Shown here in pieces: positions 39,825-50,075 of a DNA stretch of 64,000 bases. The notes under the pieces were generated by a model. The model saw only the letters and a program-made list of their open reading frames with translations, did no database searches and was not told where the DNA came from. The stretch comes from Candidatus Latescibacterota bacterium. Its GTDB lineage: Bacteria > Latescibacterota > UBA2968 > GCA-2709665. Where the stretch lies: NCBI GenBank assembly GCA_965219455.1, contig OZ244744.1:3392001-3456000 (forward strand), written 5' to 3'. Position numbers and translations under genes: made by a program. Positions within the stretch are counted from its first letter, which is position 1. Each line of letters starts with the position of its first letter.

Positions 39825-41932
39825 GGTTTTATTCATTCGTCGAATGGAGGGCAAATTTGATTGAGTTGGTTCGCAGGCTGAATCCGTGGGTAAACTTTTG
39901 GGGCCTCGTTCTGACGTTGCTGATGCCGGTAACGACGTGGGCAGATGCTCAGGACCGGATCCGGGTCGTCCAAGCCGTGAAAGTAGATACCCCACCGGTT
40001 ATAGATGGCGACCTATCGGACGCCGTTTGGCAACAGGCCCGGATCGCGACCGATTTCTTCCGCGCAAAGGAGGGGAACATCCGTCCGGCGCGTCTCAATA
40101 CCGAAGTCAGGATATTGTACGATGAGAACGCGCTCTATATCGGCGTGTACTGTGAAGAACCGGATATGAATCGTCTGCGTGAAACAAAAACGCGCCGTGA
40201 TTCCCACGTCTGGCACAATGACTGTATAGAGGTTCTGCTGGATACCTATCGCGACCGTCGCAACTGCTACGTTTTTGCAACCAATACACTTGGCACACAG
40301 ATGGACGAACGAATAAGTAACGAGAGCGTTTTCGATATGAGTTGGGATGCCGGATGGGAATCAAGTGTAAGTAAACATCGTCATGGCTGGACAGCCGAAT
40401 TCGCGATTCCGTTTCGAGTCCTCCGTTTTAATCCGCGCAATACGACGTGGGGAATCAATTTTTGGAGGACCCATCCGATAAATGGTCAATCTTATTCCTG
40501 GGCGCGGACTGCATTTTTCGGCCGTGTGTCCGAGTTCGGCGATCTGACCGGATTGAATCTTGGAGAGATCCGTATGGAGCCGAAGATCGGCATACTCCCC
40601 TACGGGACCTATCGTGCAATAGACGACCGTCCGGATGATTTTAACGGAGGGTTGGACTTCATTGTACCGATCTCGACGCATCTTACCTCGAATGTGACAT
40701 TCAATCCGGATTTCTCGCAGTTGGAAAGTGACCCGACCCAAATCAACATAATAAGCGACCGGGAGTTGTCTCTCCCGGAGAAGCGGCCATTTTTCCGGGA
40801 GGGCGCCGAACTGTTCAAGTTGCCCCTGAACCTGTTCTATACCCGTCGCGTACAGGAAATCGATATCGGAACAAAAGTGGCGGGTAAATTTCGCGGCGCC
40901 AATTTTTCGGTGATCAACACTTACGGCAAGATGATCGATCGATACGATGGGGATCGGAAAAAGCAGGCGAATCTCCTGGCGGGGCGTATTAACTTCGACA
41001 TTGGTGAGCGTACAGTCATCGGCTTTATGGGAGTCCAGAAACACCAGGCGGATAGGGATGTGGCGCCTCTATCTCTCAACGGTCGATTCGGATTTCATAG
41101 AGACTGGACTGCAACGTCGCAGTATGCGATTAATTCCGTTGAGGGTCAAACGCATTGGGCGTACCATAACGCGCTTGAATGGCTTCACGAGGGTTGGCTG
41201 GCCCAAATCGGGGTTGAAGAGATTCAAGACGGCTTTCGGCCGAACGAGATGGGACTTGAAGATGATGCATTCCGCCGCACGCGTGTTCGCACGAGGTACA
41301 GTTACGGGTTGCCCGAGACGAGTCTCGGGCATTCGTTGGGGGTTGAGATGCACCACTTATACCAGACCGACGCACACCAATTGTTACGGGAACGGCGGAG
41401 CGAGTTCCGGTCCGATATCGAAATTGGCCGGATTGATATTTCCGCCTTCGGCGGCCTCGGGGTCCTGCGCGAAGTCGGTCAACTCTTCGATACCAGGTTT
41501 GTTGGCTCCGAGATAAATTACGAAGCACAACACTGGCACCTGAACGCCTTTAGTCGTTTCGGACTTCGTCGCGTTGAAATCAGCCGATATACGAACTTTT
41601 CCGCGGGTCTCAACCTCCTGGGCAAACTTACTGCGGATGTCGATCTCGGCTACCTTTACTGGCGTTCACATCGCAACACGCTGATATTCCGGCTCCGCAG
41701 CAACTATCAATTCTCCCGAAAGGTCGGATGGCGCGTTTTTGTCGAACGCGTCGATGAACGGCTGGGACACGAAACGCTCCATAGTTTCAATGCGATCTTC
41801 GACTGCGAATTCACTCCTGAAAGCCACTTCTTCTTCGTATTTGTGGATAGCCGACCAGGTAAGCGGGCTGTGTTCGCGAAACTTGCGTATCTTTTCGAAT
41901 CCGGTTTTCCGGCTTTTGGTCGAACCAATTGA
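39821..41932 (+). CDS. CBM9-like + DUF5916 outer-membrane protein
   Basis: P.IDG.L...W, LYD...LYI, W.AEF.IPF..LRF, NPDFSQ.E.D, EKRPFF.EG, LFYTRR. Confidence 0.85.
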   Translation: MRFYSFVEWRANLIELVRRLNPWVNFWGLVLTLLMPVTTWADAQDRIRVVQAVKVDTPPVIDGDLSDAVWQQARIATDFFRAKEGNIRPARLNTEVRILYDENALYIGVYCEEPDMNRLRETKTRRDSHVWHNDCIEVLLDTYRDRRNCYVFATNTLGTQMDERISNESVFDMSWDAGWESSVSKHRHGWTAEFAIPFRVLRFNPRNTTWGINFWRTHPINGQSYSWARTAFFGRVSEFGDLTGLNLGEIRMEPKIGILPYGTYRAIDDRPDDFNGGLDFIVPISTHLTSNVTFNPDFSQLESDPTQINIISDRELSLPEKRPFFREGAELFKLPLNLFYTRRVQEIDIGTKVAGKFRGANFSVINTYGKMIDRYDGDRKKQANLLAGRINFDIGERTVIGFMGVQKHQADRDVAPLSLNGRFGFHRDWTATSQYAINSVEGQTHWAYHNALEWLHEGWLAQIGVEEIQDGFRPNEMGLEDDAFRRTRVRTRYSYGLPETSLGHSLGVEMHHLYQTDAHQLLRERRSEFRSDIEIGRIDISAFGGLGVLREVGQLFDTRFVGSEINYEAQHWHLNAFSRFGLRRVEISRYTNFSAGLNLLGKLTADVDLGYLYWRSHRNTLIFRLRSNYQFSRKVGWRVFVERVDERLGHETLHSFNAIFDCEFTPESHFFFVFVDSRPGKRAVFAKLAYLFESGFPAFGRTN

Positions 41933-42071
41933 GCGGTATCGACGACAGTGGAAAATTCCTTGCTGGGGCTAACGTACCCGGCACGCGTGTTGATTTGCGA
42001 AATAGTAAAGGTTTAATGGGTCTCGCGATCCTTTCTGGCAAAGCCATCCTGCGGTTATGCAATGATTGTAG

Positions 42072-42103
42072 GGGCGGCCCTTGTGGTCGCCCGCTTTCGT
42101 TTT
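42072..42103 (+). repeat. 32-bp direct repeat, right copy (REP-like, GTAGGGGCG-type)
   Basis: Identical to 36031-36062; preceded by gtag. Confidence 0.9.
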
Positions 42104-42228
42104 ACCCGTGAACAGAAAGGAATTGATCGGCAGATACAAGAAAGCTATCTTGTCGGCGTCATCAGCGGCGAAGGGAGCCGCCGATTTTTCAGTTTCCGCA
42201 CGAATCATTCGCCAAATAAGAGGTGTGT

Positions 42229-43362
42229 ATGGACAGCGGAAGAGGACGCCGGATCTACGAAGACCTGGGGGTGAACCCTGTGATCAATGCGATGGGAAGC
42301 CAGACCGTTCTGGGGGGTTCGCGCCTGTCTCCCGGGGTGCGGCAGGCCATGCAGGATGCGAACCGGTACTTTGTGGATATGAAAGAACTGCTGAAGCGTT
42401 CGGGCGAGGTGATTGCCGGGATGCTGGGGGCGGAGGCGGCGCTGGTCACGCCCGGTTGCGCCTCGGTGCTGGCGCTCGGATCGGCAGCGTGCATGACGGG
42501 AGACGATCCCGGCAAGATGGAGCGGTTGCCCGACACCACGGGGATGCGGGACGAGTTTCTGATTCAGGCCGGTCAGCGTTACAAGTACGAACGCTGCGTA
42601 ACGATTTTTGGCGGAAAACTGGTGGAAGTGGGAGACGCGAAGGGCACGACGGCGCGGCAACTCGATGCGGCGATGACCGAGCGCACGGCCGGGTTGCTCT
42701 ATGTCGCGCCCGGTGGCGGAGCGGGCGTTGTCCCGCTGGAGGATGCCATGGTCATTGCGAGGGACCGTGGCGTTCCGGTGATCGTGGATGCGGCTTCCCA
42801 GGTGTTTCCGCTGGACGCCATGTGTCGGTACCCCAGGATGGGCGCGGACCTGGTGGGGTACGGCGCGAAATATTTCGGCGCGTGCAACTCAACCGGGATT
42901 ATGTGCGGACGGAAAGACCTGGTGGATGCGGCTTTCGTGCACGGTTTTATCGGATTTGAAACCGAGGAACCGCGCACGGTGGGCCGCCCCTTGAAGGTGG
43001 ACCGCCAGGAGGTGATTGCCGTTACGGCCGCGTTGAAGGAATGGTTCGAAATGGACCACGACGCGCGGTTTGCCGACCACCGGCGCAAGGCCGACGAGAT
43101 CCTGCGCGCGCTGGAGGGAGTCCCTCACGTCGAGGTGGAACATGTAACGGAAAAACGGGGGCTCAGCAACGGGCTGCTGATCCGGTTCGACGAAGAGGCC
43201 CTGGGAAAATCCCTATCGCAGATCCTGGCCGAATTGCAGGAGGGCCGGCCGAGTATCGTGCTGGGGGAAAGCGGGAACGCGCTCCATGTGTCGGTGCCCA
43301 CGTTGACGGATGAGGACCTGGGCGTGGTTAGCGGGCGCTTGAGGGCGGTTTTGGGCGCGTAG
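42229..43362 (+). CDS. PLP-dependent enzyme, SelA-like/DgaE family
   Basis: IY..LGV.P.INA.G..T.LGGS, VDAA, GAKY PLP lysine, GR..KV..EE-like motif. Confidence 0.8.
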   Translation: MDSGRGRRIYEDLGVNPVINAMGSQTVLGGSRLSPGVRQAMQDANRYFVDMKELLKRSGEVIAGMLGAEAALVTPGCASVLALGSAACMTGDDPGKMERLPDTTGMRDEFLIQAGQRYKYERCVTIFGGKLVEVGDAKGTTARQLDAAMTERTAGLLYVAPGGGAGVVPLEDAMVIARDRGVPVIVDAASQVFPLDAMCRYPRMGADLVGYGAKYFGACNSTGIMCGRKDLVDAAFVHGFIGFETEEPRTVGRPLKVDRQEVIAVTAALKEWFEMDHDARFADHRRKADEILRALEGVPHVEVEHVTEKRGLSNGLLIRFDEEALGKSLSQILAELQEGRPSIVLGESGNALHVSVPTLTDEDLGVVSGRLRAVLGA

Positions 43363-43450
43363 CGTGCGGTGACTTGTCGGGAGGGCCGTAAGGGAAGCGC
43401 TTTTCAATGGATCGGACGTTTGATTTCACGATGAGGGTACAAATTCGAGC

Positions 43451-44218
43451 ATGGCATCGAGTGAAGCCGGGGAGCAGTTCGACCGCCAGGCGGCGAAGTA
43501 TGCGGTGAGCGAAGCGCATTCGTCCGGAGAGAGTTTGCGCATCCTCACTGAGTGGGCATCCCTCGAACGCTACCCGTTGGGTCTGGATATGGCCACCGGT
43601 CCCGGCTTTACGGCGTTCGCGATTGCGGAGTTCTGCGACACAATCGTGGCTTCTGACATCGCGCAAGGCATGCTGGACCAGGCCCGCAAAATTGCCGCCA
43701 GGCGGGGCATCGCAAACGTCCGTTTCGAAATAATCGATGCGAGCGATATTCCGTATCCGGACGCATCCATTGACCTGGTCACCTGTCGTACAGCCCCGCA
43801 CCATTTTCAGGACATCGGGAAGTTTCTTTCAGAAGTCCACCGCGTGTTGAGGCCCGGGGGCGTCTTTCTGCTGTGCGACACCACGACGTCGGAAGACCCC
43901 GTCATCGCGGCGTGGCATCATCAGGTGGAAGTGGCGCGAGATCCTTCGCATGCATCGGCGCCGACACCGTCTAAGTGGCGCAGGTACGTGACGGACACCG
44001 GTTTCGAAATAACCCATACTGCCGCGACGCAGGTGGACATGACGTTCTGGGATTGGGTCAAAAGGTCGGGTACACCTGAGGCGGCCTCGGAAAGCGTGTA
44101 TCGGGACTTTGAGGTGGCATCTCAGGATGTCAGAAGCGAGTTCGGGATACGACGCCTGGGCGAACACGATTTCGAGTTCTACTGGCCGGTTTTCTGTTGT
44201 AGAGTCGTGAAGATCTGA
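43451..44218 (+). CDS. Class I SAM-dependent methyltransferase
   Basis: LD.ATG.GFTA, D.VTCR.A.HHF.D, RDPSH. Confidence 0.9.
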   Translation: MASSEAGEQFDRQAAKYAVSEAHSSGESLRILTEWASLERYPLGLDMATGPGFTAFAIAEFCDTIVASDIAQGMLDQARKIAARRGIANVRFEIIDASDIPYPDASIDLVTCRTAPHHFQDIGKFLSEVHRVLRPGGVFLLCDTTTSEDPVIAAWHHQVEVARDPSHASAPTPSKWRRYVTDTGFEITHTAATQVDMTFWDWVKRSGTPEAASESVYRDFEVASQDVRSEFGIRRLGEHDFEFYWPVFCCRVVKI

Positions 44219-44287
44219 AACCCGCGATAACGCGGGGCCCGCCGTGTATTGATTCGACCTTGTCGCCAAATCCGGAAGAGAGGAACG

Positions 44288-44701
44288 ATGTCGTCGCCAA
44301 CTACTCAAGCGTGCAAGTTAATTCGCTCCCAGGCAGTCTACACCGGCAAGCAGGCCTTTACGTATCGAACCGGCGTCGCGGCCGAAAACACGGGCGCGCG
44401 CGGGATCTGCATGCACCTGCTGAAAATACCTCCGGGCGAACGCGCCAGGGCGCATCTGCACGAAGGCCACGAGACCGCCGTCTACGTCATCAGCGGCAGG
44501 TCCGGAATGTGGTACGGTGACAGCCTGGAGGAGCACATGTGCGTCGACAGCGGCGATTTCGTCTATATCCCACCCGGCGTGCCCCACCTTCCCTACAATC
44601 CCAGCGAGACCGAAACCTGCACCGTCGTCATCGCCCGCACGGACCCCAACGAGCAGGAGAGCGTCCGGCTACTGCCAGAGTTGGATGGAATACATGGCTG
44701 A
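44288..44701 (+). CDS. Cupin domain protein (RmlC-like)
   Basis: AHLH..HETA.Y, GDF.YIP.GVPH.P.N, ARTDPNEQES. Confidence 0.88.
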   Translation: MSSPTTQACKLIRSQAVYTGKQAFTYRTGVAAENTGARGICMHLLKIPPGERARAHLHEGHETAVYVISGRSGMWYGDSLEEHMCVDSGDFVYIPPGVPHLPYNPSETETCTVVIARTDPNEQESVRLLPELDGIHG

Positions 44702-45138
44702 TAAATCCGCTGTGCGTCGGGCGCCACCCCAGGGAGCCGTTACACACTGTGTAGTTTTGTAAACCTCGCCATCCTGATTGATCCAGCCTCCGCTGTCACA
44801 CCTCACGGCATCCCCTCGTCACGATTCGAAGTCGCCTACCCTGCTGTCTTTTTCGTCTCCGCAATCCAAAAACCCGGTTTCGCGGATGCATAGTCAATCC
44901 ATGCTCGGCTTGAGCGTATCCTGGCGCCCCTGAATACGTCGGTCCGGCAACATGCGCAAGCCATCAGGGGGGCCATCGCAACCTATGGGGTTTTTTCGAC
45001 GGAAACTCACAATCCGGTTTTGGCGAATACACATCCGTTTGAGCGTTAGATCTGCACGGAATCGCCAGGCTTCTGTCCATATGTCCGGGAGAAAATCCGT
45101 TTACGGCTGGCGGGAGAGGGGGCAACAAGGGTGGGTAT

Positions 45139-47220
45139 CTACTGGGGGAGCGGTAAGCCGGATCTGGGGCTCTTTGGACCAGGCGGATTGACGCGTTTGA
45201 AGTCGATCCTGTATTGGTCGAGGGCTTTGAGCGCCTTGTTATGGGGATGAGGATATATATCCCGGGACTTTCTCAATGACACGACGGCGGCGTTCGCCTT
45301 GCCCAGATTCTGTAGAAGCCTGCCCTTGTGGTAGTATAGGTCCGCGAGGGTTTTCTTTTTAAGTGCTTCATGCTTGAGGGTCTCAGCCCTGGTCAACCAC
45401 GACGCGACCTGTTCCCAGTTTGAACTGTTACCATTATCCAGTAAGACTGTGGCCATACCAAGCAGGCTTGCATAACTTCCATGTGCGAGTTGGAACAGTT
45501 GCTGTACGTGATCGCGTAGTGGGTGGCCCGTAAAATGGATCAATCCCAGGTATTGACCATATTGAAACAGCAGTTCGTTACGCCGGACGCGTTCCCAGCG
45601 ATCGATGGGCTTCCAGTTGATGAGGTATACGAAGAACTCCTCGCCGCGTGGGTGGCGCTTCAGCTTTATCGTCCCCGGCTTGCCGTCTCGTGCGGTCTGT
45701 AGCAGGAAGCCGTAGATCCACTTTTGGCGTTCGGGATAGATATCGACGTCAAGTGGGAAAAAGAGTGCGCGTTCGGTCGAGTCGACGAATTTTTCCAGGG
45801 TCTCTTTCCGTGCCGCAGCGGACATAAACGGACTGACGAGGCGCGTGCCAAATACGAGTCCCTGCAGATTGTACAGCGTGACATCGGGACGTCGGTTTTC
45901 GACAAATCGATCGTAGCCGATGTGGCCGGTTGGATCTCCGAATACGAACAGGACCCCATCTTCCAGCACAAGGTCCAACACCATTTCATTGTAACGCTCG
46001 GCAAAGTCGTTATCGGCCCTATCGTTTGCCTGCCAGTGCGAATTCACGGACCAACAGGCTAAGGCGAGGCCGGCCAGCGCTGCCGCACCGATTCTGACTT
46101 TCGGTTGCCGGACCGTCCTGGAGGAGAAGCTCCTTGCCAGCCAGCTATAGACAACCTGCAAACCAATTCCCAGCCACAATGCCTGAATGCCGTAACACGT
46201 CAGGGAATAGGGCCGAAAAACCGCCACCTGGAAATCGTCAAAATCGAAGCGCAGCAGGACAATAAGCACAATGCTGTTCGCGAGAAAGACCAAGACTCCG
46301 GACCAGGCGATTGCGACCTGCCGCCTCCGAAACAGGATGACCAGGCCGAAGACCGCCAGCGCAAATCCCGGCAGCGTCAATTGCCACAAAAACTCGTTGC
46401 CAAGCCACCGCATGAACTTGAACCGGTCGACCCATCCCGCGCTGGGGCTGAGATCGACGTCGACATATCCCTGCCGGCTGACGTAGAACCAGACTTCCTT
46501 AAGTGTGTCGATAGGGCCGTAGAAATTAATCAGTATTTCCTGGTGCGACCTCCAGATCATCCAGATATAAGGAAAAGCCGCGCAGCACCCGAGAATGGCC
46601 AGGAGCAGAGGGAGTTTCCTATATACTGTGCGCCGAACGGTAAAGGCCAGTACCACCAATCCCGGCGTTGACAGCACTGTCAGGGGAAGGTGATTGGCGA
46701 GGCTCAATCCGTAGGCCGCAGCGGCGACTATCCAGATACCGGTACGGTGAGGCTGGCGGATGCCGAACAAGAGCAGTGTGTATAGGCCGAAGAAAAACAG
46801 CGCATTGAGGGTATAGACCTCGGTGACAATGGCCTGGGACCAGAAATGCTCGGAGGCGGCGAACAGCCAGGCGGCGGTCAGAGCCGGAATCGACGAGGCC
46901 CCGATCAGGCGTCCGCACAAATAAACGCAACCGCACGCGAGCGCGCCCAGTACCGCGCTGGACAAATGGCCGAGGAAGGCGGCGCTGCCAAAGGGCAATT
47001 GCGTGAAGAGATATACAATGAACGTATAGAGCGGATATCCCGGCGGATGGGCCACGCCCAGGTGCGCCCCGGCCATCAGAAACAACCCATCGTCTTCCAG
47101 GACAACGGTGCGCGGCATCGTCAACACATAGAGCACGAGCGGGGCCACAACGGACGCAGCCAATGCGGCCACGTCGCGGGCCGGTTCAAACGCTTCATTC
47201 ATGGCGTGCGCGCGATTCAT
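45139..47220 (-). CDS. DUF2723 (TMEM260-like GT-C glycosyltransferase) membrane protein with C-terminal TPR-like region
   Basis: ED.G.F......LGVAHPPGYPLY, WSQA...EVY.LN, GL..ANH motifs; ATGA-coupled to GtrA. Confidence 0.85.
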   Translation of the reverse strand: MNRAHAMNEAFEPARDVAALAASVVAPLVLYVLTMPRTVVLEDDGLFLMAGAHLGVAHPPGYPLYTFIVYLFTQLPFGSAAFLGHLSSAVLGALACGCVYLCGRLIGASSIPALTAAWLFAASEHFWSQAIVTEVYTLNALFFFGLYTLLLFGIRQPHRTGIWIVAAAAYGLSLANHLPLTVLSTPGLVVLAFTVRRTVYRKLPLLLAILGCCAAFPYIWMIWRSHQEILINFYGPIDTLKEVWFYVSRQGYVDVDLSPSAGWVDRFKFMRWLGNEFLWQLTLPGFALAVFGLVILFRRRQVAIAWSGVLVFLANSIVLIVLLRFDFDDFQVAVFRPYSLTCYGIQALWLGIGLQVVYSWLARSFSSRTVRQPKVRIGAAALAGLALACWSVNSHWQANDRADNDFAERYNEMVLDLVLEDGVLFVFGDPTGHIGYDRFVENRRPDVTLYNLQGLVFGTRLVSPFMSAAARKETLEKFVDSTERALFFPLDVDIYPERQKWIYGFLLQTARDGKPGTIKLKRHPRGEEFFVYLINWKPIDRWERVRRNELLFQYGQYLGLIHFTGHPLRDHVQQLFQLAHGSYASLLGMATVLLDNGNSSNWEQVASWLTRAETLKHEALKKKTLADLYYHKGRLLQNLGKANAAVVSLRKSRDIYPHPHNKALKALDQYRIDFKRVNPPGPKSPRSGLPLPQ

Positions 47221-47660
47221 TGGGCGCCGTCCTCGCTGTTTCCCGCCCGATCGAGGGTCCCGTCGCGAAACGTCCATAGGGAATTGACGGAATAGTTGAA
47301 TAAACCGGCCGGGGCAATCGCGCAGCCCTGCCAAATCACCAATGCCACAGCCGGGAATAGAAAGGAAAGCAGCACGAAAGTTCCGTAACTCAGCATCAGC
47401 GTCACAAACGAAACGAGGTGATACTTCAACCCCCGAATCCGCCTCTTTCCGGACAGGGTACGGTCGCTGAAGGTCCAGTAGTTGTTGAGCAGAAAATTCG
47501 AGACAATCGACAGCTCAATCGCAATCGGCGACGCCAGCAATTCGTGCACGCCTAGACCGAGCAACAGCTGAAACGAACCGAGATTGACGAATACTCCGGA
47601 GAGACCGGTCAGCACGAATTTGACGAATGTCGGAGACGGTAATTTTCTGTTTCGTTGCAT
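47217..47660 (-). CDS. GtrA family protein
   Basis: F.KF...G.SG..VN, NF.LN..WTF, NY..N..WTF; four TM segments. Confidence 0.88.
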   Translation of the reverse strand: MQRNRKLPSPTFVKFVLTGLSGVFVNLGSFQLLLGLGVHELLASPIAIELSIVSNFLLNNYWTFSDRTLSGKRRIRGLKYHLVSFVTLMLSYGTFVLLSFLFPAVALVIWQGCAIAPAGLFNYSVNSLWTFRDGTLDRAGNSEDGAQ

Positions 47661-48071
47661 GGATATCGAGTGATTGCGGGTGGTGGATGGACGCGGTCCC
47701 GTCTTACGCTACGGGGCCCTATCGCTTTGTTAACCTCATTCCATTGGCGTTCCGCGGAACGTTCAACGACGACGTTACCAAGTTTAACGATATCTCGGAA
47801 CCTCGGCAACTGTAACGGGACGTCTTTCGTGGAACTATGTCCGCGCGAGCGGCGGCATTCGATGGCGTTATCGGAACGATAGAGCCAGGCGCCGTCGCTT
47901 CGCGGATGCCAGCGGTTTCCCGCTCGCATTTGACGGTGACGACCGGTCTGCCTTTGCGTCACCGCACGCACACATGAGACAGTGGCGCCTTGCTGTTTCG
48001 GGAGGGGGAAGCAAGTACAGGGTGTTTTGTCTCGGACGGTTGATGCGCTCAAGCGATACTTCGAACAAAAG

Positions 48072-48443
48072 CTTGAAAAGGTGGAGAAGACATTCTTGTC
48101 TGCTCATATACAGCAAACCGAAATCTCAGAATGCTGTGTCCGGGAACGCCAAAACTCGCCGCCGTCTTCCCCACTGGAAGAAGGACGGCGCTGTCTATTG
48201 GATCACCTTTCGCCTGGCTGACGCGATCCCCCATGGACAAACGCCGTGCCTTCCAAGAAGCGCGTAAGGTGTGGCTCAAGCGCCATCCCGAGTATTGGTT
48301 CTATAGTGGCGGCGCAAGCCTTTCTTCTGTCTGCATTCCGGCAAAAGGACAATGAGAAGGGCAGACAGGAATGTCTGCCCCACCTTCACGATTCCTCAAG
48401 GGCTCGACAAGCCATTGTGCGCGGGGAAGATGATTGATTCGCG
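48072..48443. mobile_element. Remnant of REP-associated tyrosine transposase (RAYT/IS200-like) flanked by inverted REPs
   Basis: Inverted 28-bp REPs at 48078-48105 and 48359-48386 (gcagacaggaatgtctgc core); internal frameshifted fragment RRRLPHWKKDGAVYWITFRLADAIP / WLKRHPE from 48157. Confidence 0.75.
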
Positions 48444-48741
48444 TATAAAGCAGCTTTGTTGACCAAATACCCTTCGCGTGTTTGCCCGCCGAGCGCGGGC
48501 TGAAATTACCCATCTGAAGTTTCTTGTTGGATCGAACATCGGTGGCTCTTGTCACCGGTGTTTTCTTGTTACAACGATTCCCTGTGCGTTCGGCGCGGCG
48601 TAAGATGCAACAACGTTTCATCCGAGTGAGGCAGAATGGAACACGTTTTTCAAGTACCGGCCGTGGTACGGCGACCTCCGGACCGTTCAAAAATAAAGTC
48701 GCATATGCAAGCCAGACAGTTATGCCCCTGGGTATTGAGAG

Positions 48742-48756
48742 TGGCACAATCCTTGC
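48742..48756 (+). promoter_or_regulatory. Sigma54 (-24/-12) promoter candidate upstream of peptide precursors
   Basis: TGGCAC-AATCC-TTGC exact consensus spacing, about 230 bp before the first precursor ATG. Confidence 0.65.
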
Positions 48757-48985
48757 GAGTCCAATGCGTCGACGGAGTCACCGGCAACGGGTGTCGGGTG
48801 ACAGGTTATCACGGTTGATTCGCAGCCGAAGCCGCCCCGGCGGGGCGTGTGCCGAGATCGGAAAAAAGGCATACAAAACGCTTCGGAAATCATGGCATCT
48901 CAGCGATGCGCATCCGGCTCCCTGATTTACAACAGAGGAGATTGTCAGGATATCGCGGGGATGTTGACGAAAGGAGGTGATAGAC

Positions 48986-49189
48986 ATGAACAGGCGAACT
49001 GTATCAAGCCCTGTGGACTCGTCCGGAATTCCGGCTCGGCTTCCCATCCGGACGGAGGACTTGACCCACGGGCAGATTGCAGGCATCTCCGGTGGCGACG
49101 CCGGGTTTGGACGCCTCATCAGAGAATTAGTCGCTGAGATTTTTGGCGTGAGATTACCTGCACCAGAGGTTCCGTCCATAACATTGTAG
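48986..49189 (+). CDS. Double-glycine-leader peptide precursor 1 (37-aa leader + 30-aa core)
   Basis: AAGGAGGTGA RBS; leader ends EDLTHGQIAGISGG; core DAGFGRLIRELVAEIFGVRLPAPEVPSITL; C39-PCAT downstream. Confidence 0.78.
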   Translation: MNRRTVSSPVDSSGIPARLPIRTEDLTHGQIAGISGGDAGFGRLIRELVAEIFGVRLPAPEVPSITL

Positions 49190-49338
49190 CCATCAAGTAA
49201 TACCGCATCCGGAAGTGGCCTTTGATGGTCCAAATGTGTCCGTCTATTCATTCGCGCAGAGGTATATGGACTCATTATATCGGCGCAAACGGATACATCT
49301 GAGTATCGCTGAGACCCAAAGAGGAAGGAGGTGACGAA

Positions 49339-49542
49339 ATGACCGATCGAATCCTTACAGTGCCAACCCAGGCCACCGTGACCTGCGCTCAGCTCCCTGG
49401 CCGTGAGATCGAACTGGCGCATCGTGAGATGTTGAATTCATCGGGAGGTATCTGGCTACCTACAGGTCCGATCTTTATGGTCCGGTTTATTGCGGAGAGA
49501 ATTGCAGAGGTCATTGACGATTACTTCGACGACGGGAGTTAA
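49339..49542 (+). CDS. Double-glycine-leader peptide precursor 2 (37-aa leader + 30-aa core)
   Basis: AAGGAGGTGA RBS; leader ends ELAHREMLNSSGG; core IWLPTGPIFMVRFIAERIAEVIDDYFDDGS. Confidence 0.78.
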   Translation: MTDRILTVPTQATVTCAQLPGREIELAHREMLNSSGGIWLPTGPIFMVRFIAERIAEVIDDYFDDGS

Positions 49543-49779
49543 TCTTGTGTCCGGTCACGTGGAAGGCCGTAATTCCTGGCGACCTCCACAGGCGACAGTT
49601 CGAGTTGAATTTTCAATATGCGCGTTTTTTTTTGTGGCATCGCCGATGACGGAACCAAACCCTCAGGATATCGTCCGCAATCCAGCTGATCGGCGGGTTG
49701 CTGAAGACACCGTGGTCACTGCGAGACGCAGCATCGTAATCGTAGACACTAATCCTAAACAAATCTTCAGGAGGACATC

Positions 49780-50046
49780 ATGACTCACGCGTTGGCTAAT
49801 CCGATGGCGACCGATGCCGGTCACAAGGTTGTAGCCTGTAATCCACTTCGGTGGCGGGAAGAATTACTCGACACTGGACAGATGGGAGAAACACATGGTG
49901 GGTTCATTTTTATACCAGCCCTGGTCGCGGCTGCCCAAGCTGCCGCACCCTGGATATTGGGTACTGCGAGTGGTATCGTTGCTGGATACATTGTCGCTGA
50001 GTTAACGTCCAATAACGGGGGTGGAAGCTGTTGCTGCAAAAAGTGA
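49780..50046 (+). CDS. Double-glycine-leader peptide precursor 3 (41-aa leader + 47-aa class II bacteriocin-like core)
   Basis: AGGAGG RBS; leader ends ELLDTGQMGETHGG; hydrophobic core FIFIPALVAAAQAAAPWILGTASGIVAGYIVAELTSNNGGGSCCCKK. Confidence 0.85.
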   Translation: MTHALANPMATDAGHKVVACNPLRWREELLDTGQMGETHGGFIFIPALVAAAQAAAPWILGTASGIVAGYIVAELTSNNGGGSCCCKK

Positions 50047-50075
50047 GTAGTATGCACAGATAGTCTGTTTGTTTA

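Noticed and set aside
42229-43362. True selenocysteine synthase selA, given selD nearby
   Set aside because: Lacks the SelA N-terminal domain and SGDKLLGGPQ motif; fits the shorter DgaE/SelA-like family.
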